A stretch of 27,597 bases of DNA from a virus (lineage: Duplodnaviria; Caudoviricetes), in IMG/VR virus record IMGVR_UViG_3300032219_001923, positions 1 through 27,597 of that record. One strand, 5' to 3'. Under the pieces are notes generated by a model, which made no database searches, was not told where the DNA came from, and saw only the letters and a program-made list of their open reading frames with translations. The stretch's first letter is position 1, and each line of letters begins with the position of its first letter. The position numbers and the translations under genes are program-made. Below, piece after piece: positions 1 to 6,744 of the stretch.

Positions 1-816
1 CACGGTGCGTCGAACTTCCGTGTCGGGCTTGCCAGCCGCGAGGCCAGCCGTCACCAGCTCGAACTCCGCAGCATCCCGCGGGATACACCCGCCACCGACC
101 AGCTGCCCGACGCGTGCGGCCTGTCGGTAGATCTCGTCGTGCCGACTGCCCTGACAGGTCCGGATGGATTCGCACGCATGCTCGAGCACTTCAGAGGCAG
201 TCGCCGTGTCGTCGTCGGTGACGGGTGCGAACGCGACCGGAGCCGCGGCCTTCATCGTAGCTGGCTTCGGTGCCTCCTTCTTGACGAGGTCAATGAGCCA
301 CGCAGGCGCGTCGGCAATCTCCCGCGTGCCTGGTTCCCACATGTAGATGCCGCCGTTCGGATGGATGCTCGGAGGCGCGACGACGTAGCCGCCGTCCGCA
401 CGAACATCGAGCCCTGTCCGCTGGCCACGCACCGTGATGCGCGCGCGGTTGTTGAGGTCCACGCCGACAGGCATGCGGAAGTAGTAGTGCGCGCCGCTAC
501 CTGTCCGCACCGTCATCGTCGCCGGAAGTGGGCCATGCTGCGCGACCAACTCGGAGAGGGCGTCGGGTCCGGTGAGCCCGCCGTCCTTCGGGGGCGCACT
601 GTCCACGTCGAAGACGAAGATGCCTGACGCGAGGCCTGTCGCTAGCCCGATGTTGTAGGGTTGGTCTCCCCACATGGCGCGGACCGTGTCCTCGTCCGTC
701 GAGGCGTCCTTGCATCCATGAGGCGTGGCGGGGATCTTCTGTCGTGGCTTCAGGGCGTGCACTGCCCAACCATGGCGTGCGTACTTCAGGGCGTAGTCGC
801 CCAGACTATCGAACAT
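1..816 (-). CDS. Bifunctional DNA primase/polymerase (Prim-Pol), N-terminal part; truncated by the window edge
   Basis: Manual translation from ATG at 816 (GGAG SD upstream): MFDSLGDYALKYARHGWAVHALKPRQKIPATPHGCKDAS...YNIGLATG..SGIFVFDVD...TVRTGSGAHYYFR...LDVRADGGYVVAPPSIHPNG. These are the DxD, sGxHxYf and GGYVVAPPS motifs of Prim-Pol. The frame stays open to position 1. Not in the supplied ORF track. Confidence 0.92.
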   Translation of the reverse strand, partial: MFDSLGDYALKYARHGWAVHALKPRQKIPATPHGCKDASTDEDTVRAMWGDQPYNIGLATGLASGIFVFDVDSAPPKDGGLTGPDALSELVAQHGPLPATMTVRTGSGAHYYFRMPVGVDLNNRARITVRGQRTGLDVRADGGYVVAPPSIHPNGGIYMWEPGTREIADAPAWLIDLVKKEAPKPATMKAAAPVAFAPVTDDDTATASEVLEHACESIRTCQGSRHDEIYRQAARVGQLVGGGCIPRDAAEFELVTAGLAAGKPDTEVRRTV

Positions 817-1063
817 GCGTGTCTCCGTGGAACCGCCGTGGGAAGGGGGGGGAGGGGGTAACCCCCCTCCCCCGTACGGGGGATCAACCCGTGTCCACGG
901 CGGACATCCACCTAGTACCCCAGCGGGCACGCGTTGCGCCAATAGCTTTTAGTTACCGACATTCGCGAACCTGTAAGAAACGCTTACACGTTCCCCCGCG
1001 CGAGACCGTGAGACGTGACCCCTGAAGAAGACCCTAGACGAGGGCCACGTCTCACGGCAAACC

Positions 1064-1531
1064 TTACGCGCGGGCTCTGCGCTTCCTATCGGCTTCCCGC
1101 TTCTTCCGGATCTTCTCGAAGTTCACGAAGCGCATCACGCAAGCGTGGGGCGACCTGCCCATGAGCTTCCCGATCTCCGGGTACGTCTTCCCTTCGCGGC
1201 GCAGCTTGTAGAGCCGGCGCGTCTCCGCATCCGTCCACGGCTTCTTGACGGCCAGGTGGATGCCGAGGACCTTCCGTACCGTGGTCACTGCTCGGTCCAG
1301 CTGGCCCGCGATGTCGATGTCGCGCATCCCCCCGGCGTAGAGCTGCTCGATCTGCGCGCGCTCCTCGGGCGACACCTTCACGTAGAACCGCAAGCCGAGG
1401 GTGCCGCGCAGGGTGCGGATGGCCTCGGGCGTCCTGTCGAGGGCCACGGCGATCTGCCGCGCCGTCTGTCCTTCATTGTGCAGGCGACGGAGCTCGAGCA
1501 GCTGCGAACCTGTCCACGGTCTACCTGGCAC
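1064..1531 (-). CDS. Protein with three tandem HTH (Myb/GcrA-like) repeats
   Basis: Repeats PWTGSQLLELRRL..GQTARQIAVALDRT, SPEERAQIEQLY..GMRDIDIAGQLDR and PWTDAETRRLYKL..GKTYPEIGKLMGRS. GTG start at 1531 chosen because GAGG precedes it and it overlaps the upstream gene end. The ORF track extends to 1606. Confidence 0.8.
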   Translation of the reverse strand: MPGRPWTGSQLLELRRLHNEGQTARQIAVALDRTPEAIRTLRGTLGLRFYVKVSPEERAQIEQLYAGGMRDIDIAGQLDRAVTTVRKVLGIHLAVKKPWTDAETRRLYKLRREGKTYPEIGKLMGRSPHACVMRFVNFEKIRKKREADRKRRARA

Positions 1532-2057
1532 GCATGCCTCGCGTGCGCTTGTACGTCGAGATGACGTACCAATGCCTGCCCACGTGCTCGCCGATGGCGC
1601 GGACACCGAGGCCCTCGTTCAGCTTCGCGTCGACCAGCTTCCGCTCATGCTCGGAGAGGGCGGCGTAGCGCGCGTTCTTGCGCCCTGTCACTTCGACCAT
1701 CGCGGCTTCCTTGTTCGCCACGCCGACGTACTGCGCGACGGCGTCGGGTTGCCGCCCGAGGGCCGCACCGATCTCCGGCCACGTCGCGCCGTTCGCGCGC
1801 ATGTCTCGCGCCTTCGCGAGCTCGCTCGGACGCCAGTGCCGATAGGTGTACTTGGGCGGGACGGCGAGCGGCACCGCGACCTCTACTAGGTCACGCGCTG
1901 ACCAATCGGCATCCTTGAGGACGGCGACCATCGAGTGCATCGCCGACTCACTGCGCCCGAGGCGCTCCCCCACCTCGCGCCAGGAGAGGCCCTCCTCTCG
2001 CAGCTGGCGGGCGCGCTCGAACTCCGACGGACGCCAGGGCGTGTTGGTGCGGGTCAT
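1521..2057 (-). CDS. Protein with three tandem HTH repeats
   Basis: Repeats PWRPSEFERARQLREEGLSWREVGERLGRS, HWRPSELAKARDMRANGATWPEIGAALGRQ and LSEHERKLVDAKLNEGLGVRAIGEHVGRH. ATG at 2057 has GGAGG upstream and an ATGA overlap with the preceding stop. Confidence 0.82.
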   Translation of the reverse strand: MTRTNTPWRPSEFERARQLREEGLSWREVGERLGRSESAMHSMVAVLKDADWSARDLVEVAVPLAVPPKYTYRHWRPSELAKARDMRANGATWPEIGAALGRQPDAVAQYVGVANKEAAMVEVTGRKNARYAALSEHERKLVDAKLNEGLGVRAIGEHVGRHWYVISTYKRTRGMRAR

Positions 2058-2185
2058 GGCGCAGCCTCCAACGCGGCAACGAGTAATGGGAAGGAGTACC
2101 CGACGCTGACTCCCAGCAAAAACACCGCAAGTATAAACAGCGCGGGCCAAACAAAAAGGGAAAAGGGCAAGTGTAAGAAGCTCAT
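2054..2185 (-). CDS. Small hydrophobic (membrane) protein, 43 aa
   Basis: MSFLHLPFSLFVWPALFILAVFLLGVSVGYSFPLLVAALEAAP. ATGA overlaps at both ends, GGAGG SD, locally low GC. Confidence 0.65.
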   Translation of the reverse strand: MSFLHLPFSLFVWPALFILAVFLLGVSVGYSFPLLVAALEAAP

Positions 2186-2670
2186 GGTGCTGCCTCCAAA
2201 GAGTTTACAAGTGCTTCGGCCTCGGTGGCCCAATGACGATTTGTGAGCGACCGCCCGCCCGCCGTAAGTTGGCAAACCCACATCACACCACCGGGGCCGT
2301 AGTCCACCGGCAACACGCAAGCGCACTCGTCGCCCCACGCCTCCCGCACCAGCGCGAGCAGGCATCCCAGCGTGGCGGGGTCATCGAGGCACGGTAGCAT
2401 GGTCGTACCGGATGGCTTTCGCGACAACGCGCCGTCGGTGAACCTGACGTGAATGTTTCCGTGCGGCGCCATGATGAACTCACATGGGCCCGCAATGACC
2501 GTGCGAACGGCATGAGCCCATCCATCCACTACGCGCATCTGGACGCTCTGGATGCGCCATCCACTCGACATCGCACCTGCGCCGTCGAGATGAAACTCCA
2601 TCCCCGGCATCCACCGCCAGCCCTTGCATGCGACGGCGCGCCGCCCTAGCTCGATCTGTTGCTCGGTCAT
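2182..2670 (-). CDS. Hypothetical phage protein
   Basis: 162-aa ORF with GGAGG SD and ATGA coupling on both sides. Contains WRWMPGM and DDPATLGCLLALVREAW segments. Confidence 0.8.
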   Translation of the reverse strand: MTEQQIELGRRAVACKGWRWMPGMEFHLDGAGAMSSGWRIQSVQMRVVDGWAHAVRTVIAGPCEFIMAPHGNIHVRFTDGALSRKPSGTTMLPCLDDPATLGCLLALVREAWGDECACVLPVDYGPGGVMWVCQLTAGGRSLTNRHWATEAEALVNSLEAAP

Positions 2671-3158
2671 GCCCCCTCCTCGCGGCGGTGCTCGCCGCGT
2701 TCAACCTCATCCGCGGCAAGCCGCGAAGCGCAGTGAACGACATAGGACGCGTGCTCGCAGCACGCACGGTTACCGCGCAGCCACGCCACTACGGCCTGCC
2801 GCTCCAACGCCTCGCCCTTGTTGCGAGCGAAGTCGTAGAGACGCGCGGCCTCCTCGTTGTCGATGCGTCGTTCGTCGCGCAGCATCGCGTTCTCTTCCTT
2901 GAGCGCCTGGAGGGACACCTCCAGCTCGCCGACCACGCAGGAATAGCCGTACCACTCCATGTAGGCCGTTTCCGCGTGGCGCTTGGCGTCTTCGAGCGTC
3001 GCGCTCCATCCCTCGGGCGTGTTGGCATCGACATCCGCAGTCACCACGCGCCACGAGAAGCCTTCCTTCTCATGCGCCCAGATCATGAGCTCATGAGTCT
3101 GGTCGTCGGGGCATCCTTGCCACGTCGATCCATCTTCGTACCGATACTCAATCCACAT
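2667..3158 (-). CDS. Hypothetical protein (N-terminal Trp-rich domain plus coiled coil)
   Basis: ORF in a coupled operon. ATG at 3158 is in a TGATG overlap with GGAGG upstream (alternative GTG at 3167). Coiled-coil segment LEVSLQALKEENAMLRDE. Confidence 0.75.
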   Translation of the reverse strand: MWIEYRYEDGSTWQGCPDDQTHELMIWAHEKEGFSWRVVTADVDANTPEGWSATLEDAKRHAETAYMEWYGYSCVVGELEVSLQALKEENAMLRDERRIDNEEAARLYDFARNKGEALERQAVVAWLRGNRACCEHASYVVHCASRLAADEVERGEHRREEGA

Positions 3159-3214
3159 CACGGCCACCTCCCGAAGCGACGCACCAGCGCCGCGATGATG
3201 TCTCCCAGCTTCAT
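3158..3214 (-). CDS. Putative 18-aa minigene (MKLGDIIAALVRRFGRWP)
   Basis: Fills the gap between two genes exactly, with an ATGA overlap at its start and a TGATG overlap at its stop. Confidence 0.45.
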   Translation of the reverse strand: MKLGDIIAALVRRFGRWP

Positions 3215-3432
3215 ACGATCTGCCTCGCGCGCCACGCGCGGTAGGCCTTCTCCGCGACGTGCTTCGCGCTTGCGTCCGTCGGCTGCATGCCCCGCGCGTC
3301 GTCGTCGGCGTGGAACGCGCTGAGCTCCCACGAGTACCCGCCGCCGCGGTGGGCGCGGTTCACCAGAAGGATCACGCCAGCCTCCACGTCGGCGCGCCAG
3401 CCGAGGCCAGTCTCAAGCCATTGGATGGTCAT
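3211..3432 (-). CDS. Hypothetical protein, likely paralog of the N-terminal domain of 2667..3158
   Basis: MTIQWLETGLGW...GYSWEL...AKHVAEKAYRAW. The start is in a TGATG overlap with the upstream gene. Confidence 0.75.
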   Translation of the reverse strand: MTIQWLETGLGWRADVEAGVILLVNRAHRGGGYSWELSAFHADDDARGMQPTDASAKHVAEKAYRAWRARQIV

Positions 3433-3557
3433 CAGAGCCCCCACATCACGAACATGAGGATGACGACGGCGACGCCGCCGACGATGTCGTCCCCGTTAAG
3501 GTCCCACACGTAGCGCGGGTCATGCCAGATGCAGCGAAGGGTGTCGTAGAAGCTCAT
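3432..3557 (-). CDS. Small membrane protein, 41 aa
   Basis: Manual translation MSFYDTLRCIWHDPRYVWDLNGDDIVGGVAVVILMFVMWGL. Strong AGGAGG SD, TGATG overlap with the next gene, hydrophobic C-terminus. Confidence 0.65.
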   Translation of the reverse strand: MSFYDTLRCIWHDPRYVWDLNGDDIVGGVAVVILMFVMWGL

Positions 3558-3584
3558 GGGTCCTCCTGTCGTCAGGTGACGACA

Positions 3585-3622
3585 TCCTAGGATTACCCAT
3601 ATCGTGTGAAGCGCGCAAGGGG
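3585..3622 (-). promoter_or_regulatory. Putative promoter/operator for the leftward small-gene operon
   Basis: TTGCGC-N17-TAATCC in the gap after rusA. Its first 16 nt match 4507-4522 at 13/16 positions. Confidence 0.35.
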
Positions 3623-3636
3623 TGCGCGTGAACTTT

Positions 3637-4065
3637 CTAGACGGGGGTCACCCAGATGTCGATCCGGCCTGCGTCGGGCACCGCTTGCTTGCCGATGTGG
3701 AGCTGCACGACGAAGCGATCGTCCTCGAGGATGCCCGCCTCGACCAGGGCGTCCAGCACGATCTTCCCGACGTTGTCGGCGTCGGGCTTCGTCGCGTAGG
3801 GGATGCCGAGCGTCTCCCCCCGACGCTTCCACCGCTCACGGTCGCACCATGCGGGACGCGCCTTCGGAAGCGGCCAGATGGCCACGATCTCCACGGCTAC
3901 GGGGCCTGCGATGGCCTCCCCCTGGCGCTGCTCTCGCAGCATGGTCACGGCAGCGTCCATCCACGCACGATGCTCGGGCGGCATGTAGACGCGTCCACCT
4001 CCTCGAGCAGCTCGGGGACGGGATGCGCCACGGGGGACGAGGCCGATCGTGTAGTCGGCGGTCAT
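3637..4065 (-). CDS. rusA: RusA-family Holliday junction resolvase
   Basis: KPDADNVGKIVLDAL...LEDDRFVVQLHIGK is the RusA catalytic signature. ATG at 4065 has GGAG upstream and an ATGA overlap. Confidence 0.92.
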   Translation of the reverse strand: MTADYTIGLVPRGASRPRAARGGGRVYMPPEHRAWMDAAVTMLREQRQGEAIAGPVAVEIVAIWPLPKARPAWCDRERWKRRGETLGIPYATKPDADNVGKIVLDALVEAGILEDDRFVVQLHIGKQAVPDAGRIDIWVTPV

Positions 4066-4268
4066 TCTCCGTACCCCGGCAGCGGCTTCGCCTTCTGATT
4101 CCACATGCGAATGATGGACCCTGCCCACAAGAGCGCAAGCAACGTCGCGACCACGCCGCACACCCAACCCGGCGCGTCGAAGTGCTCGAGCAACAGGTAG
4201 ACGACGGCGGTAGTCTGCACGGGGAGCTGCGCGGGGAGCGCGTTCCAAGGAATGACGGTGCGGCTCAT
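4062..4268 (-). CDS. Small membrane protein
   Basis: 68 aa with hydrophobic WVCGVVATLLALLWAGSII. ATGA overlaps on both sides. Confidence 0.7.
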   Translation of the reverse strand: MSRTVIPWNALPAQLPVQTTAVVYLLLEHFDAPGWVCGVVATLLALLWAGSIIRMWNQKAKPLPGYGE

Positions 4269-4486
4269 CGCGCGTCCACCGCGGCGGCGGTCATGAGCTC
4301 CACCGCATCGACGTCGAGGGCCTTCCCCAGGGCGACCATCGCCGACAGAGAGGGTTTATGGTCGCCGGCTTCCCACCGCGTAAGCTGCGACGGGTGAACG
4401 CCCACCTGACGGGCCAGCTCCGCGCGCGACATCTCCAGATTCTCGCGATGAAGCCGGATCAGCATGCCGAGGGTGTGGTACTGCAT
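4265..4486 (-). CDS. XRE/Cro-C1-type HTH transcriptional regulator
   Basis: LGMLIRLHRENLEMSRAELARQVGVHPSQLTRWEAGDHKPSLSAMVALGKALDV is a classic HTH_3 pattern. No C-terminal peptidase domain. Confidence 0.92.
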   Translation of the reverse strand: MQYHTLGMLIRLHRENLEMSRAELARQVGVHPSQLTRWEAGDHKPSLSAMVALGKALDVDAVELMTAAAVDAR

Positions 4487-4540
4487 GAGCCTGCACTATA
4501 GTGCAGTTGCGCGTTTCGCAAGGCTTGCTAGTTATGGGGC
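4487..4540. promoter_or_regulatory. Divergent promoter/operator region
   Basis: 54-bp gap between divergent genes. Contains the perfect palindrome CTGCACTATAGTGCAG (4491-4506), the inverted repeat TTGCG-N5-CGCAA (4507-4521), and -10-like TATAGT / TAGTTAT just upstream of each ATG. Confidence 0.65.
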
Positions 4541-4780
4541 ATGACTACTCATGCTCTCGCCCTCACCAATCTCCTCACGTTCCTTCTCGAGCACCACGCG
4601 GAGGACATCTTCGCCGTCACCTACAACGGCGCATGCTCCGTCGTCGTGCTTCGCTCCCCGCCGAAGGGCCGCACCATGCTCGGATGGGAATGGAACCCCA
4701 GCGACATCCGTGGGCGCATGGCTCACACGACCGCTTCTGGCATCACCGTCTTCGCTCCTGACTCTGAGGTGTCCGCATGA
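4541..4780 (+). CDS. Hypothetical protein
   Basis: 79-aa ORF, first in the plus-strand operon, with an ATGA overlap into the ERF gene. Confidence 0.65.
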   Translation: MTTHALALTNLLTFLLEHHAEDIFAVTYNGACSVVVLRSPPKGRTMLGWEWNPSDIRGRMAHTTASGITVFAPDSEVSA

Positions 4781-5505
4781 TCCTGTCCCAGTCTCCAGAG
4801 CTGGACCAGCTCGCTACCGCCCTCGCCATCGCGCAGGGCTCCATCCAGGGCGCGGTCAAGGACCGCACGAACCCGGCATTCAAGTCGTCGTATGCCGACC
4901 TGTCGAGCGTTTGGGACGCCTGCCGCGCGGCCCTCTCCAGCAACGGCCTAAGCGTCTCCCAGCACCCGGGTCGCCTCGAGGACGGTAGCGCGACCGTGAC
5001 GACGATCCTGCTCCACAAGAGCGGTCAGCACATCGCGTCCGTCTGCGCGGCCCTCCCTCGCGACCAGAGCCCTGCCGCCGTGGGGTCTGTCGTGACCTAC
5101 CTGCGCCGCTACGCCCTCGCAGCCGCCGTCGGGGTCGCCCCCGAGGACGACGATGGGCAGGCGGCGCACCATGCGGCCCCGCTGGCTCAGCCTCAGCGCC
5201 CGCAAGCACAGGCCCAGCGTGTCGCCGACGCCTTCGGTGGGCGTGTCGAGAGCGTCGAGCGCATCGCGCCTGTGGCCTCGGGCATCGACCCGTCCTGCCC
5301 TACCTGTAGCGGCCAGATGTGGGACAACCGCGAGAAGAAGACGAACCCCAAGGCGCCTGACTTCAAGTGTCGCGACAAGAGCTGCCAGGGCGTCATTTGG
5401 AAGTACGGCGAGAAGCCACGCGGGCCTGTCCCGCAGACGCGCGGCCCCCTGCTGGATGCCCCTCCCCCGCCCACCGATGAAGACGGCCCCGGCTTCCCGT
5501 TCTAA
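4777..5505 (+). CDS. erf: ERF-family single-strand annealing protein with C-terminal Zn-ribbon
   Basis: KDRTNPAFKSSYADLSSV...TTILLHKSGQ...GSVVTYLRRYALAAAVGVAPEDDDG is the ERF signature. It is followed by a P/Q/A linker, CPTC..CRDKSC and an acidic FPF tail. Confidence 0.92.
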   Translation: MILSQSPELDQLATALAIAQGSIQGAVKDRTNPAFKSSYADLSSVWDACRAALSSNGLSVSQHPGRLEDGSATVTTILLHKSGQHIASVCAALPRDQSPAAVGSVVTYLRRYALAAAVGVAPEDDDGQAAHHAAPLAQPQRPQAQAQRVADAFGGRVESVERIAPVASGIDPSCPTCSGQMWDNREKKTNPKAPDFKCRDKSCQGVIWKYGEKPRGPVPQTRGPLLDAPPPPTDEDGPGFPF

Positions 5506-5514
5506 GGAGTGACG

Positions 5515-6018
5515 ATGACGACGACGTACGACCTGATGCGCGGCGCCGCCCGCGTGCAGATGGAGATCGAGGAGAACTCGGGCCTTCTGTCAGAGGAGAC
5601 TGCCGCGTTCCTCTCGACCTGGATCGAGCAGAGTGAGGACAAGGTCCTCGCCTGCATGCACCTGGTAAGGCGCATGGAAGCGGAAGCGGAGCTCCTCGAG
5701 GCGGAAGAGAAGCGCCTCCGCGCCAAGCGGAAGACGTGCGAGGGCGTGGCTGACCACGTGAAGGCCCTCGCGACAGGGCTCCTCGTTGCTCGCGAGAGCA
5801 TGGGAGAAGAGCCGAAGGTGAAGGGCCCCACCTACAGTGCGTGGCTCGCTGAGACTCAGTCCATTGTCGGCCCTGAGGACGTGTCCGCATGGCCCGAGAC
5901 GTGGCGTAGGGTCAAGGTAGAGCCCGACCGCGCCGCCGCTCTGAAGGCTGCGAAGGCGGGGCAGGAGCTCCCCGAGGGGTTCGCCCTGGAGAGCAAACGG
6001 GGTGTCCGGTGGCGCTGA
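5515..6018 (+). CDS. Siphovirus Gp157-like protein
   Basis: Coiled coil EDKV...AEAELLEAEEKRLRAKRK, and C-terminal VEPDRAAALKAAKAGQELPEGFALE. Adjacent to a recombinase gene. AAGGAG SD before ATG 5515. Confidence 0.8.
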   Translation: MTTTYDLMRGAARVQMEIEENSGLLSEETAAFLSTWIEQSEDKVLACMHLVRRMEAEAELLEAEEKRLRAKRKTCEGVADHVKALATGLLVARESMGEEPKVKGPTYSAWLAETQSIVGPEDVSAWPETWRRVKVEPDRAAALKAAKAGQELPEGFALESKRGVRWR

Positions 6019-6212
6019 TTCCATCCGTCGCCCTGCGCCAGCGCCTCGAGGCCCTCCGTCACAAGTACGCGCAGGAACGGCGCATCGCTCACGTGCAGGC
6101 AATCGTCGCGGCGATGGTCCAACTAGACGAGGTGGAGGCCTACGCGGAAGAGCAAGAGGCCGCGCTACTGCACGACCGCTCGCAGCTCGCCACCTTCGGG
6201 GACAAGCCCTAG
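6009..6212 (+). CDS. Hypothetical helical protein
   Basis: 67-aa ORF with a GTG start overlapping the previous gene. Its stop shares a CTAG with the convergent gene. Confidence 0.6.
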   Translation: MALIPSVALRQRLEALRHKYAQERRIAHVQAIVAAMVQLDEVEAYAEEQEAALLHDRSQLATFGDKP

Positions 6213-6559
6213 TTTGCGGGCTTGCTCGTCGTAAGTAGAAACTCGGCGGTAACGGCGTTGTGGCTGTTCGAGAAGACGAAGAACTTCGTCACGCTCGCCA
6301 TCCCGTTCGCGCCGTTGCCGTTGACGTTGTAGGCCAGGTATTCGTGAATCGTCCACGCCCCTGTAGCAGGAGCGGGGCCGCCGTCCGTGAGGGTCTGGTC
6401 GAAGGACACCATCAGGTTCTTCGAGTCGCGGTCGCGATTGTGGATGTTCAACTGAAGGTGACGTGTCGCCGGCAGGTTGACCTGCGTGACGATCCCGGAC
6501 GTTCCTGTCGTCATGACCTGCACGTGCGGAAGGTGAGTAGGCGCAAGGGTGACGGCCAT
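6209..6559 (-). CDS. Hypothetical protein (beta-rich, possibly virion-associated)
   Basis: 116 aa with alternating polar/hydrophobic strands. TAATG overlap with the upstream gene. Confidence 0.75.
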   Translation of the reverse strand: MAVTLAPTHLPHVQVMTTGTSGIVTQVNLPATRHLQLNIHNRDRDSKNLMVSFDQTLTDGGPAPATGAWTIHEYLAYNVNGNGANGMASVTKFFVFSNSHNAVTAEFLLTTSKPAN

Positions 6560-6744
6560 TAGTCCAGCCCATCCCGTCCGAGGACGTACGCGAGGTGGAG
6601 CGCGGCCTTCACGATGCGGCGACGTTCAGCGCGCGTGACCTTCGTCCCGCCGTCGCCACCTGCACGGGTAGCAGAGCGGATCTCGGCGATGACGGCGAGG
6701 ACTTCCGCGGGCAGCTCGATTAGCTCAGCCGGGTCGTAGGGCAT
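6559..6744 (-). CDS. Hypothetical protein, 61 aa
   Basis: AGGAGG SD before ATG 6744 (MPYDPAELIELP...). Confidence 0.7.
   Translation of the reverse strand: MPYDPAELIELPAEVLAVIAEIRSATRAGGDGGTKVTRAERRRIVKAALHLAYVLGRDGLD

Noticed and set aside
139-769. ORF-track calls 139..627, 164..346 and 497..769
   Set aside because: The true gene is the minus-strand Prim-Pol frame running from 816 off the window edge.
2054-2211. Diversity-generating retroelement TR/VR pair
   Set aside because: The repeat is only about 30 bp, differences are not confined to adenines, and no reverse transcriptase is in the window.
4265-4486. CI repressor indicating a temperate lifestyle
   Set aside because: It is an HTH-only protein heading the rusA operon, with no integrase or att site in the window, so lifestyle is unresolved.
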